24,058 nucleotides of DNA from a virus (lineage: Duplodnaviria > Caudoviricetes), in IMG/VR virus record IMGVR_UViG_3300010398_000677, positions 1 through 24,058 of that record. One strand, given 5' to 3'. The position numbers and the translations under genes are program-made. The notes beneath the pieces are model-generated. The model was given only the letters and a program-made list of their open reading frames with translations, had not been told where the DNA came from and searched no databases. Positions 15,917 to 24,058 of this stretch are shown piece after piece (the stretch's first letter is position 1; the number at the start of each line of letters is the position of its first letter).

Positions 15917-16032
15917 ACCCCGTCACGCACGTCGACGGCTGGCTGATCTGGCAGGGCGGCTACGCGCGCAAGCTGACGCTACGCGAGCGCGTGCTCTGGA
16001 AGCTCGGCGTGCTGAGAACGGTGCGCCGCTGA
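15913..16032 (+). CDS. Small hypothetical protein (39 aa)
   Basis: GGAGG RBS, GTGA and TGATG coupling; MNPVTHVDGWLIWQGG... Confidence 0.55.
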   Translation: MNPVTHVDGWLIWQGGYARKLTLRERVLWKLGVLRTVRR

Positions 16033-16328
16033 TGGTGCGCAAGCTCGGACCCGGCACGCTCCGCGACACGAAGTGGCAGGAGGAGGAGTACCGGCGTCAG
16101 ATGGGCGACGCCGCGGCCGAGCGCCAGCGCGTCGCCGACTGCGACTGCGAGCCGCAGCGCGTCTTCTTCGGACGCGCGCCTCGGATCGTTCATGCGAAGC
16201 ACTGCCGCAAGTTTCGGGCCTGGATGGAGGGCCGTCACAAGAACGCAGCCGCGCACGCGAGCGCCGCTGCGCACGCCGACGCGATCAAGCGCTCGGCACC
16301 CCCCGTCAGCGAGGAAAGGAGCGGCTGA
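16032..16328 (+). CDS. Hypothetical protein (98 aa)
   Basis: Coupled ORF with CxC...H...C. Confidence 0.6.
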   Translation: MVRKLGPGTLRDTKWQEEEYRRQMGDAAAERQRVADCDCEPQRVFFGRAPRIVHAKHCRKFRAWMEGRHKNAAAHASAAAHADAIKRSAPPVSEERSG

Positions 16329-16804
16329 TCCGCTTGCTCGCCACCACACTCGTCATCACTTATTTCTGCACGATCGCAACGACGGTCGGGCTGGGGAAAA
16401 ACCTCCCCAGGGAACCTATTTCCCCGCCCTGGGCGGAACCGCACCTCCAGCCCGACCGCACCCACGGTCACTCGGCCACGTACTGGCACGGGCGCTTCCT
16501 GCAGATGCGCCACCTCGCCTACCACCGCCTGCTGATCTCGCGGCGGCGCTGGCGTCCGACCGTGGACTACGCGCTCCGGCTCGCGAGCGCCGTCTCGGGC
16601 GTCAGCTACTGGTCGCTGCGCACGGTCTCCTACTGCGAGTCGACGCACAACCCGTTCGCGACCAACGGCAGGTACAGCGGGCTCTTCCAGTTGAGCTGGA
16701 GCCCGTTCGGCTTCAGCCCCTTCGACCCGGTCGCCAACGCCCTCAGCGCCGCGCTCACGGTGCGACACGACGGCTCCTGGCGACAGTGGAGCTGCCAGCC
16801 CTGA
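16325..16804 (+). CDS. Lysozyme-like lytic transglycosylase with N-terminal hydrophobic segment (start uncertain)
   Basis: CESTHNPFATNGRYSGLFQ...SPFDPVANA...GSWRQWSC (catalytic ES and GLFQ motifs). Confidence 0.75.
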   Translation: MIRLLATTLVITYFCTIATTVGLGKNLPREPISPPWAEPHLQPDRTHGHSATYWHGRFLQMRHLAYHRLLISRRRWRPTVDYALRLASAVSGVSYWSLRTVSYCESTHNPFATNGRYSGLFQLSWSPFGFSPFDPVANALSAALTVRHDGSWRQWSCQP

Positions 16805-16902
16805 TGGTCGTCGCCGCGATCGCGCTCGCGTTCCTTGTCGGCGTGCTCGTCGGCGCGGTCGTGCAATGGCTGATCGACCTCGAGGAGTTCGCCCGTCGAT
16901 GA
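16804..16902 (+). CDS. Single-TM micro-protein (32 aa)
   Basis: MVVAAIALAFLVGVLVGAVVQWLIDLEEFARR; coupled on both sides. Confidence 0.55.
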   Translation: MVVAAIALAFLVGVLVGAVVQWLIDLEEFARR

Positions 16903-17288
16903 GCGACCAGTACGGCTTCGACTTCGATGACGAGGAGTTCGAGCCCTCGGGCAAGTACTCGGGCAAGGATCCCGAGCCGACCGAGAAGGAGTCGGGCGAC
17001 GCTGTCGAGCGGCGCGAGCAAGGCAAGCTGAAGCGCCGCTCGGCAGGCCACTTGGTGCTCTACCAGTACCGAGACCGCGAGCGCCACACCGCCTACGACG
17101 CCTCGTTCATGGCGACGGGCGACTACCACTCGAAGCGGCGGGAGTCGACACGACTGTTCGAGCGAGGCTTCCTCGTGCACGACGGCACGCTGCCGAATCA
17201 AGCTGATGCCGGACGCGAGCACGTCCAGGCGTTTCGGATCAACGGCAGCGGGATGCTCGAGCTCGTCCGCCTGGGGGCCGAGACATGA
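16899..17288 (+). CDS. Hypothetical protein (possible winged helix)
   Basis: GAGGAG RBS; ATGA coupling. Confidence 0.65.
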   Translation: MSDQYGFDFDDEEFEPSGKYSGKDPEPTEKESGDAVERREQGKLKRRSAGHLVLYQYRDRERHTAYDASFMATGDYHSKRRESTRLFERGFLVHDGTLPNQADAGREHVQAFRINGSGMLELVRLGAET

Positions 17289-17971
17289 CGCTCGCCGTGA
17301 TCGAGGAGGCCTGGATGATCCGCGGCGTCGAGGGCCCGAAGTTCACGGTCGGGCCGAAGTGCGCCAACCCCGAGTGCGGCAAGTTCGCCGAGCACGCACA
17401 TCACATCGTCCGGCGCTCGCAGCTCGGCGGCGACTTCCGCTGGATCGAGATCGAAGGACAGATCGTCGGCAACCTGACCGGCCTCTGCCCCGGCTGTCAC
17501 GACGACATCACCGGCAGGCTCGGCGGGCACAAGGCGGCGATCCGCTTCCTGAAGGACAAGCAGTTCTACTGGTGCGACGTGCGCGAGGTGAACGGGCACC
17601 TGATGTTCCCGAAGCGCGGTCTGCTCCAGCCCCAGCCTCCGACTCCCGACACGCTCGCTGCTCGAGCATCCGGCAAACCTCGCGAGTCGGAGAACTGCCC
17701 CTTCTGTGGGCAGACGCGGCGGCGCGCCTCAACAACATCACCACGATCCGACGGCGAGGCGCGCCACCGCAAATCCTGGACTGTGCTCGTGCCCGACGAC
17801 AAGCTGGAGCGCGGAGCCGAGATCCTCGACACGCTCGTCGACGACCTCGCGGTGCCGCTCGGCGTCGAGCCGAACCGGACCGGGCGCTACTACGTGCTCG
17901 TCCCCGTTCTCTACTACGCGCAGAGCAACCGGGAGAATTTTCTCAAGACGATCGAGGGTGTCGGCGGATGA
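17285..17971 (+). CDS. HNH-endonuclease-like Zn-binding protein
   Basis: CANPEC...HAHHIVRRSQLGG...NLTGLCPGCHD, plus CPFCG. Confidence 0.75.
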   Translation: MTLAVIEEAWMIRGVEGPKFTVGPKCANPECGKFAEHAHHIVRRSQLGGDFRWIEIEGQIVGNLTGLCPGCHDDITGRLGGHKAAIRFLKDKQFYWCDVREVNGHLMFPKRGLLQPQPPTPDTLAARASGKPRESENCPFCGQTRRRASTTSPRSDGEARHRKSWTVLVPDDKLERGAEILDTLVDDLAVPLGVEPNRTGRYYVLVPVLYYAQSNRENFLKTIEGVGG

Positions 17972-18180
17972 ACTGGAGCAAACGCAAGCGCTTCGTCGTC
18001 CGCTCGCTCTCGGGCTACCGCTCGATGAGCAGGGGCAGCGTCAACCGCAAACCGACGCGCACTTGGCACGTTCACGATCGCGCCTACAACTTCAAGCTGA
18101 TCTCGACTCACCACACGCGACGCGCCGCGCGCGCCAAGGCGACGGAGCTGAACAGGTGGCACGAGGACGCCGTCGCGTGA
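17968..18180 (+). CDS. Basic hypothetical protein (70 aa)
   Basis: ATGA/GTGA coupling. Confidence 0.6.
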   Translation: MNWSKRKRFVVRSLSGYRSMSRGSVNRKPTRTWHVHDRAYNFKLISTHHTRRAARAKATELNRWHEDAVA

Positions 18181-18617
18181 GCGAGTATCGCGCCTTCGAG
18201 TTCGTCGTGCCCGGAATCCCGATCCCGCAAGGGTCGAAAAACCCGTGGGGCGGTGAGGCGAACGCGAACCTGAAGCCGTGGCGCGCCACCGTCGCCGAGT
18301 TCGCGAACACGTCGCTGCCGCCCGATCACGGGCCGCTTGTAACCGCCGTCGAGGTCGAAGTCTCGTTCGTCTTCCCGCGGCCGAAAGCGCACTACCGCAC
18401 CGGCAAGAACGCGGAGCTACTGAAAGACAGTGCGCCCTACTGGCACACCGGCAAGCCCGACCTCGACAAGCTGCAGCGCGCGATCGGCGACGCGCTCTCA
18501 GGCGTGCTGCTCCGCGACGACTCGCAGATCGCATCGTGGATGGTCGAGAAGCGCTACGTCGACCTGCTCGAGGACGAAGGGCCGCACGCAAGAGTCTGGA
18601 TTCAGGAGCTGCGATGA
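18177..18617 (+). CDS. rusA: RusA Holliday junction resolvase
   Basis: VPGIPIPQGSK...FVFPRPKAHY...KPDLDKLQRAIGDALSGVLLRDDSQI. Confidence 0.92.
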   Translation: MSEYRAFEFVVPGIPIPQGSKNPWGGEANANLKPWRATVAEFANTSLPPDHGPLVTAVEVEVSFVFPRPKAHYRTGKNAELLKDSAPYWHTGKPDLDKLQRAIGDALSGVLLRDDSQIASWMVEKRYVDLLEDEGPHARVWIQELR

Positions 18618-18754
18618 CCCGCGAGGAGCGCGAGCTGCGCGCGCGCCTGCGCGCCGCGATCGGCGAGCACAACGGACTCAGCGAGCGCCAGCTCGAGAAA
18701 CACGTCGAGAACGTCGCGCGCGTCGTCGAGAAGTCGAGAAGGAGGAAGCGCTGA
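18614..18754 (+). CDS. Small hypothetical protein (46 aa)
   Basis: AGGAG RBS; coupled. Confidence 0.55.
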   Translation: MTREERELRARLRAAIGEHNGLSERQLEKHVENVARVVEKSRRRKR

Positions 18755-19140
18755 TGCCCGCCACCATGGAGTACACCGAGAAGCTGGTCGTCACGCACTG
18801 CTGGTGCGGGATCGCGCTCGCGATTCCGAGCAACCTGCACCGTGTCGCACACGACGAGGGCAAGAGCGTTCACTGCCCGCTCGGGCACAAGTTCGTCTTC
18901 AACGACAGCTTCGAGGAGAAGTACGAGCGCGCGAAATCGCAACTCGCCGCCGCGCGCGCTGCGCAAGACCAGGCCGAAGCGGGCGAGCGGGCCGCGCGCA
19001 TGCGCGAGGGCAAGCAGCGCAAGCGCGCCGATCGGCTGCAGGCGCGCGCGCACGCAGGCGTCTGCCCGCATTGCAACCGCACCTTCCAGCAGCTCGCCCG
19101 CCACATGAAGAGCAAGCATCCCGAGTGCACCGCGGCGTGA
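18754..19140 (+). CDS. Zn-finger coiled-coil protein (C-terminal C2H2)
   Basis: CWCG...CPLGH...CPHCNRTFQQLARHMKSKH; GGAGG RBS. Confidence 0.75.
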   Translation: MPATMEYTEKLVVTHCWCGIALAIPSNLHRVAHDEGKSVHCPLGHKFVFNDSFEEKYERAKSQLAAARAAQDQAEAGERAARMREGKQRKRADRLQARAHAGVCPHCNRTFQQLARHMKSKHPECTAA

Positions 19141-19424
19141 GCAGCAACGGCTCGGAGCCTCGCCGGGACCTGCGCGACTACGCGCTCGTCCGGCACACCG
19201 AGCTCGAGAGGTACAAGCGCGCACACCGTGGACAGCTCGAGCAGCTCTGCGTGCGCGCGCTCGCACAGGAGCGCACGATCGAACGCCTGCGCGACGAGCT
19301 CGACGTCGAGCGCTCGCTGCGCGCGATCGCGCTGCACGACCTCGCGCGCGCCAGCGCAGCAAAGGATCCCCAGCAGTTCATTCGCCGCTGGGAACACGAC
19401 CACTACGAGCGCGCCAAGGGGTGA
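19137..19424 (+). CDS. Coiled-coil hypothetical protein
   Basis: GTGA coupling. Confidence 0.6.
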   Translation: MSSNGSEPRRDLRDYALVRHTELERYKRAHRGQLEQLCVRALAQERTIERLRDELDVERSLRAIALHDLARASAAKDPQQFIRRWEHDHYERAKG

Positions 19425-19780
19425 TCACTACAGAAGAGCTCTGACCACAAGCGACGTGAGAGCGGGACACCAGTCTCGACGAGCGGGGACACCGTAAAAG
19501 CTAGGCACGCGACAGCGGTGCAGTTCGAGCTCGAGCGCCGACAGCGGACACGAGCAAGGCTCTGGGGAGAGCAAAGCCGGTGCACCGCGCGCGCTCGAGC
19601 TCGAGTGAGCGGGGCTCGAAGAGCGCAAGCAGTGGGACGGCTGGAAACTCTCGACACGCGCACCACTCGGAACAGCCTCGGGCGACTACCTAGCAAGGGA
19701 AGAGTGAGACTTGCGCTAAGCTGTGTCCGCTAAGACCGCAGACAGCGGTTCACAGGTCGACCTCAACCCAGGAGGGCAAC

Positions 19781-21064
19781 ATGGCAACAAAGCTGAAGAA
19801 GTACGGCTCCAGGCCGAATCTGTACATCTCGCAGTACGGCATGTTCTGGTTCGTGGGCGACGTCAACGGCGAGAGGCAGCGCTTCTCGCTCGAGACCAAG
19901 AACGAGCGCGACGCGAACCAGAAGCTGAGCGAGACAGAGGCGACGCCGAAGCACAAGCGCGTCGCCAACCGCACGATCAAGTGCAGGGAAGCGTTCGAGC
20001 TGTTCATCGAGAACGGCCACGGCTCGAAGAGCAGGCTCGCGCCGACGACGAAGAAGCTGTACGAGGAGCTCTGGCTGCTCTACGCGCTCTGGCGGCTCGG
20101 TTCGATGCGCGTGATCGACGTCCGGCCCGCACACATTCGCGAGGTGCTCGATAGAGCAGTGCGGCCGACGAAGGAGGGCGGCTTCGGCCTGAGCCCGACG
20201 CGGCACCGCAACCTGTACGTGGCGCTGCAGTCGTTCTTCGGGAAGATGACGAAGGACCCGTTCGCGTTTTCGCCCTACGATCCGGTCGCGCACATCGGGA
20301 TCGAGAACGTGCCGCCGAAGGTGGAGAGCGAGGCGGTTGGCGAGAAGATCGTGCTCACGCAAGAGGAGATCGACCGGATCGCCGCCAACTTCAAGAAGCC
20401 GCCCAGGCCGGTAACCGGCCGCGGCGGCAACGCGCGCTTCAAGGACTCCGACTGGCTCGCGATTCGCAACCGGGTGATGTTCCTGCTGCTCGTCGAGACC
20501 GGCCTGCGGATCGGCGAGGCGCTCGCGCTCGAGTGGAGCGACATCCTCTACAAGTCAGACAGATCCCTGCATGCGGCTGGCGCGCTCCCGCACGTCCTGC
20601 TCGTCACCAAGCAGCAGAGTTCCGAGTACCGGGCGAAGGATCCGGACTCGCCGAGGTTCGCGCCGCTAAAGGGACGGCTCGACTCGCGCAAGGACAAGGT
20701 ACGCCGTGTCTCGATCAGCCCCTTCCTCGCCCGTGTGCTCGTCGAGTACATCGAGTACGCCGAGGCGGGCGGGCACCTGGTCAGAGGCGGACTGCTGTTC
20801 CCGAACACGGTGCAGAGGATGTCCACTTCGGGTCACGTCGGCGAGGCGATCAAGGCGGCGGCTGAGCAGGCCAAGCTGGGACGCCCGATCAAGACGCACT
20901 ACACCCGGCACACGTTCATCACGAACCTGATCGAGGCGGACGCGCCCGACGCGAAGATCGAGGAGCTGACCGGCGACGGGATCGGCGTGATCGACGAGCG
21001 CTACGGCCACCGCAAGGTCGACTCCAAGGTCTACGACGAGATGAAGTCCTACATGAGGCAGTGA
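19781..21064 (+). CDS. int: Tyrosine integrase/recombinase
   Basis: TGLRIGEALALEWSDI (R), PLKG (K), HYTRHTF (HxxR), ERYGH (Y); N-terminal arm-binding-like region; CAGGAGG RBS. Confidence 0.9.
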   Translation: MATKLKKYGSRPNLYISQYGMFWFVGDVNGERQRFSLETKNERDANQKLSETEATPKHKRVANRTIKCREAFELFIENGHGSKSRLAPTTKKLYEELWLLYALWRLGSMRVIDVRPAHIREVLDRAVRPTKEGGFGLSPTRHRNLYVALQSFFGKMTKDPFAFSPYDPVAHIGIENVPPKVESEAVGEKIVLTQEEIDRIAANFKKPPRPVTGRGGNARFKDSDWLAIRNRVMFLLLVETGLRIGEALALEWSDILYKSDRSLHAAGALPHVLLVTKQQSSEYRAKDPDSPRFAPLKGRLDSRKDKVRRVSISPFLARVLVEYIEYAEAGGHLVRGGLLFPNTVQRMSTSGHVGEAIKAAAEQAKLGRPIKTHYTRHTFITNLIEADAPDAKIEELTGDGIGVIDERYGHRKVDSKVYDEMKSYMRQ

Positions 21065-21072
21065 GGAGGAAC

Positions 21073-21381
21073 ATGCCGAAGGGAACAGCGAAGAACCAGG
21101 CACCGGTCGAGATCGAGTGGGGCGCGCCGCCGGAGCGGCGCACCCCCTCGAAGTACAACGAGGCGCTCGACGAGATCAAGGCGCGTCCGGGAACCTGGGC
21201 GCGTCTTCGTACGTTCGAGGGCTCGAGCGCCGCGTACTCGGCCCGCAAGACGGTCGGCAAGGCGGCGGGCCCGGACGACCACTGGGAGATCAGGGTCGCC
21301 AGGCTCGAGGAGGGCGACGAGTACGGGATCTGGGCCCGCTACCGCACCGACGAGCAGATGAAGGCGGCGAAGAAGCCGTGA
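21073..21381 (+). CDS. Hypothetical phage protein (possible DNA-binding)
   Basis: GAGGAGG RBS; RPGTWA...IWARY pattern. Confidence 0.7.
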   Translation: MPKGTAKNQAPVEIEWGAPPERRTPSKYNEALDEIKARPGTWARLRTFEGSSAAYSARKTVGKAAGPDDHWEIRVARLEEGDEYGIWARYRTDEQMKAAKKP

Positions 21382-21590
21382 GCGACGAGCAGCTCATCGA
21401 GGAGAACGCCAGCATGATGCGCCGCGAGATCATGGGGCGGCTGACGGTCGTCGAGGAGGAGCTCGGGGTGATCGACGGCAACATGGACGACCTACCGTCG
21501 CGCGACGCAGAGATCGATCACTTTCTCGGAGTCGCCAAGACCACCGCCGCCGCCCTGCGCGAGCTGCTCGTCGAGCGGGGCTGGCGATGA
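21378..21590 (+). CDS. Hypothetical protein (70 aa)
   Basis: GTGA coupling. Confidence 0.6.
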   Translation: MSDEQLIEENASMMRREIMGRLTVVEEELGVIDGNMDDLPSRDAEIDHFLGVAKTTAAALRELLVERGWR

Positions 21591-21838
21591 GCGGCAACTT
21601 GCCGGTCCCGTCGACGTACGCCGAGGTGGCGGCGATCCTGCGCAACATGGCTACGCTCGTCGAGGCGGGCGACAGCTTCGAGGGTTCGATCGAGTACTCG
21701 ATCCCGACGTCAGAGGACGCGCTGCCGCCGCCGACGCTTGACGAGGAGCAGCCAGAGGTGATGGTGCGAGCTGCCTACCGCGTCGGTAACTCGATGGGGC
21801 AGGGCGGCATGCACATCATCGGGACGATGAATCCATGA
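21587..21838 (+). CDS. Hypothetical protein (83 aa)
   Basis: ATGA coupling. Confidence 0.7.
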   Translation: MSGNLPVPSTYAEVAAILRNMATLVEAGDSFEGSIEYSIPTSEDALPPPTLDEEQPEVMVRAAYRVGNSMGQGGMHIIGTMNP

Positions 21839-21842
21839 GCGT

Positions 21843-21913
21843 GGCGACTTGGCCGAGTGGCTAGGCAGCGGACTGCAAATCCGCGCACGCGGGTTCGATT
21901 CCCGCAGTCGCCT
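21843..21913 (+). tRNA. tRNA-Cys(GCA)
   Basis: Acceptor GGCGACT/AGTCGCC, anticodon arm GCGGA-CTGCAAA-TCCGC, T arm GCGGG-TTCGATT-CCCGC, U discriminator, followed by CCT (CCA not fully encoded). Confidence 0.95.
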
Positions 21914-21920
21914 CCTCGAC

Positions 21921-21953
21921 GAAGGGCCCGCGCAAGCGGGCTCTTCACTTTGT
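21921..21953 (+). terminator. Intrinsic terminator-like hairpin after the tRNA
   Basis: GAAGGGCCCGC-GCAA-GCGGGCTCTTC-ACTTTGT. Confidence 0.65.
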
Positions 21954-22044
21954 ACCTTCGGACGTGAAAAGTATTAGAGTCCGGGTGCGGTGCCGGGGCA
22001 CCGCTCCCGAAGATGAAACAGCGCCCCGGCGACAAGGAGGCTAG

Positions 22045-22695
22045 ATGAACAAATCTGCGGAGAAACACCTCGCGAAGGCCGAGGAGCTCCTCGAGAAGGG
22101 CGAGGGTTTCTACCACAAGGCCGCAGCCGAGATCGTCGCGGCGAAGGAGTCCGACCCGAGCCTGAGCAACCCCGAGGTCGGCAAGCGGTTCGACAGGAGC
22201 GAGCAGTGGGTGAGGCAACTCATCCGCTGGCACACCAGCGGGGACGGCTCGCCGTCACCGTACGGGGGCCAGGCGATATCGGCGAAAAAGGACGTCGAGA
22301 AGACACGACGGATCCTCCGCGAGGCCCCAATGGAGCAGGTCGAGCAGATCGTGGCCGAGCTCCCGCGCGAGCGTCGCGAAGCGATCGGTGCTGCGGCTGG
22401 TCACTCGCGGTTGCAGGCACGTCACGAGATGAACGAGCAGGAGAGGGTCGTCTCGCCGTCGGAGCGCGCAGCGCGGCGCGAGGAGTCCGACACGCTCGCC
22501 GAGCGGATGCTCTCCGGCTTCACGGCGATGTCGATCGAGAACCACCTCGACGCTGCGACCGACAAGCTCGAGGAGATGAACAAGCACCACGTCGAGCTAC
22601 CCGGTCCGGTGATCCGGCGGATCGAGAAGGCGTTGCTCGCCTTCCAGACCGAGTTCGACGTGGCGAAGATGATGGTGGGTCTGGAGGTGGAGTGA
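22045..22695 (+). CDS. Hypothetical helical protein with HTH-like segment
   Basis: AAGGAGG RBS; LSNPEVGKRFDRSEQWVRQLIRW. Confidence 0.75.
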   Translation: MNKSAEKHLAKAEELLEKGEGFYHKAAAEIVAAKESDPSLSNPEVGKRFDRSEQWVRQLIRWHTSGDGSPSPYGGQAISAKKDVEKTRRILREAPMEQVEQIVAELPRERREAIGAAAGHSRLQARHEMNEQERVVSPSERAARREESDTLAERMLSGFTAMSIENHLDAATDKLEEMNKHHVELPGPVIRRIEKALLAFQTEFDVAKMMVGLEVE

Positions 22696-23123
22696 TGCCG
22701 GACAAGGCACGCTGGGAGATCCTCGAGGAGTGGCTGTTCGATCACGAAGGCGAGCCTTTCACGAACCAGACGCTCGCCAACTCGCTGGGGGCCAGCCCGC
22801 GGGAGGGCTCGATGCTGATCCGCGCGCACCTCGGCGCGCAGCGCAAGCTCGACTCGCAGACGCTGTACGTGATCAAGCGGGACGGACGGACGAGCAGGGC
22901 GGTCTGGACGTCCGGCGAGCGCATGATCGACGCGAAGGCGCTCGGCAACACTCTCTACGAGGACGTCGTGGTCAAGGTCAAGAAGGCGTACGCGCCCGAC
23001 CTGAAGCGGATCGGCGAGCGCAACCCGCGCTCTCGCCGCTACTGCGAGCGGCGGATCGAGGCGGTCGTCGACGGCGCGCTGAAGGTGCTGGCGGCGTCGA
23101 TCGAACGCTTCGACGACGAGTAG
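22695..23123 (+). CDS. Hypothetical protein (possible winged helix)
   Basis: GGAGGT RBS, TGATG coupling; MPDKARWEILEEWL...FTNQTLANSLG. Confidence 0.75.
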   Translation: MPDKARWEILEEWLFDHEGEPFTNQTLANSLGASPREGSMLIRAHLGAQRKLDSQTLYVIKRDGRTSRAVWTSGERMIDAKALGNTLYEDVVVKVKKAYAPDLKRIGERNPRSRRYCERRIEAVVDGALKVLAASIERFDDE

Positions 23124-23146
23124 CAAGACGCCTTCAGCAAGGCAGG

Positions 23147-23179
23147 GGAGAGGCCCGCGAGAGCGGGTCTCTTCGTGTG
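23147..23179 (+). terminator. Terminator-like hairpin
   Basis: GAGAGGCCCGC-GAGA-GCGGGTCTCTT-CGTGT. Confidence 0.6.
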
Positions 23180-23216
23180 TGCGCCCGGACCCCATTGGAA
23201 TATGGTTTGCAACTGC

Positions 23217-23244
23217 GGTCACCATCCCAGGGTCACCATCCCAG
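23217..23244. repeat. Tandem 14-bp repeat GGTCACCATCCCAG x2 (inverted 12/14 copy at 23526-23539)
   Basis: Read directly from the sequence. Confidence 0.85.
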
Positions 23245-23446
23245 CCCAGTTTTTGGCTCAACCAAGCGGAAAAAGGGTGGTTTCGCAGAGGCCTGCAAAG
23301 TTGCCCCAGGCCTTACGCGAGCACCGGCAACTCTTGAGTGGCTAGTGGTAGAGCCAAACGCGACAGGCGGACTTTCTCTTGCAACTCATTCTTGAGGTCG
23401 GGTAGACAGCCCGAAGCATCCCTTTCTGCAAGAGTTGTCGACACAC

Positions 23447-23478
23447 AAAAAAAGGGCGAGGCTCCGAAGAGCCTCGCC
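23447..23478 (-). terminator. Rho-independent terminator of the late operon
   Basis: Minus strand GGCGAGGCTC-TTCG-GAGCCTCGCC-C-T7, downstream of the NlpC/P60 gene. Confidence 0.9.
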
Positions 23479-23563
23479 TCCCAAGAGCCTCGAAGAAACC
23501 TGGCCTCCGAGACAGCTTGAGTGTACTGGGTTGGTGACAATTGGGGACAGTCCTGCACGTTTC

Positions 23564-24058
23564 TTAACCGAAGGTTCGAGCTCCTACGTAGTCGGAGCGG
23601 CCAGCCAGGTTCGAGACCCTGACGGTCGATCCGGTGTGCGGTGCCTCGATGAACTTGCCATTGCCGATGTAGATCCCTACATGGCCTGGCAGGTTGCCTC
23701 GCGGATCAGAGCCGCGGAAGAAGACCGCGTCCCCAGGCTGCGGGTTCTTGACCGGCGTCCCTTGCTTCCACTGGTCGTAGGTGGTGCGTGGGATCTGGAT
23801 GCCAGCTCGAGCCCAGCCGTACTGCAGCAGGCCTGAGCAGTCGAAGCCTTTCGCTGACTCACCACCCCAGACGTAAGGGACGCCGAGCTCCTTACGGACT
23901 GCGTCGACGACGCTTGAGCGGCCGACTGAGCGCGTCCCTGAGGGCACGGCGGTCAGGGGAAGAGTTGAGGTCGGTGGCGGTCCCGGCGTGTCTGGGCTCG
24001 GCTGACCGGCGACCGAGCTGACCAGGCTTGAGAGCTCGGCGCTCGGCGAGAGGTTGCG
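23564..24058 (-). CDS. NlpC/P60 peptidoglycan hydrolase domain protein (5' end outside the window)
   Basis: LGVPYVWGG...GFDCSGL...PGDAVFF...GHVGIYIGNGKFIEAP; frame is open to the window edge through a Pro/Ser linker. Confidence 0.92.
   Translation of the reverse strand, partial: RNLSPSAELSSLVSSVAGQPSPDTPGPPPTSTLPLTAVPSGTRSVGRSSVVDAVRKELGVPYVWGGESAKGFDCSGLLQYGWARAGIQIPRTTYDQWKQGTPVKNPQPGDAVFFRGSDPRGNLPGHVGIYIGNGKFIEAPHTGSTVRVSNLAGRSDYVGARTFG

Noticed and set aside
19755-19762. GGTCGACC before the int RBS as another ribozyme site
   Set aside because: Preceded by ACA rather than NUH, with no closing hairpin.

Overview
GC-rich (probably actinobacterial; inference) temperate tailed-phage DNA. 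Both ends lie in a minus-strand late/structural operon: terminase large subunit at the left edge and an NlpC/P60 protein at the right edge. Between them are a plus-strand accessory block (ParB-like/DUF6551 fusion, XRE, SLOG), a TerS-like gene, an array of small genes, a divergent regulator pair, a recombination/replication operon (SSB-like, Cas4-like exonuclease, lytic transglycosylase, HNH, RusA), a tyrosine integrase, tRNA-Cys and a candidate attP. The main observation is a type I hammerhead ribozyme (8800-8949) in a ~450-nt structured leader. It has a loop II/5' pseudoknot and two hairpins inserted in the core. Its substrate half (hairpin + CUH|GGUCAA) is repeated in front of eight further downstream ribosome-binding sites and once more at the operon end, each time without a catalytic core. 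This suggests one ribozyme could cut a polycistronic mRNA at up to ten sites. All structures were read by eye; no searches or folding programs were run.
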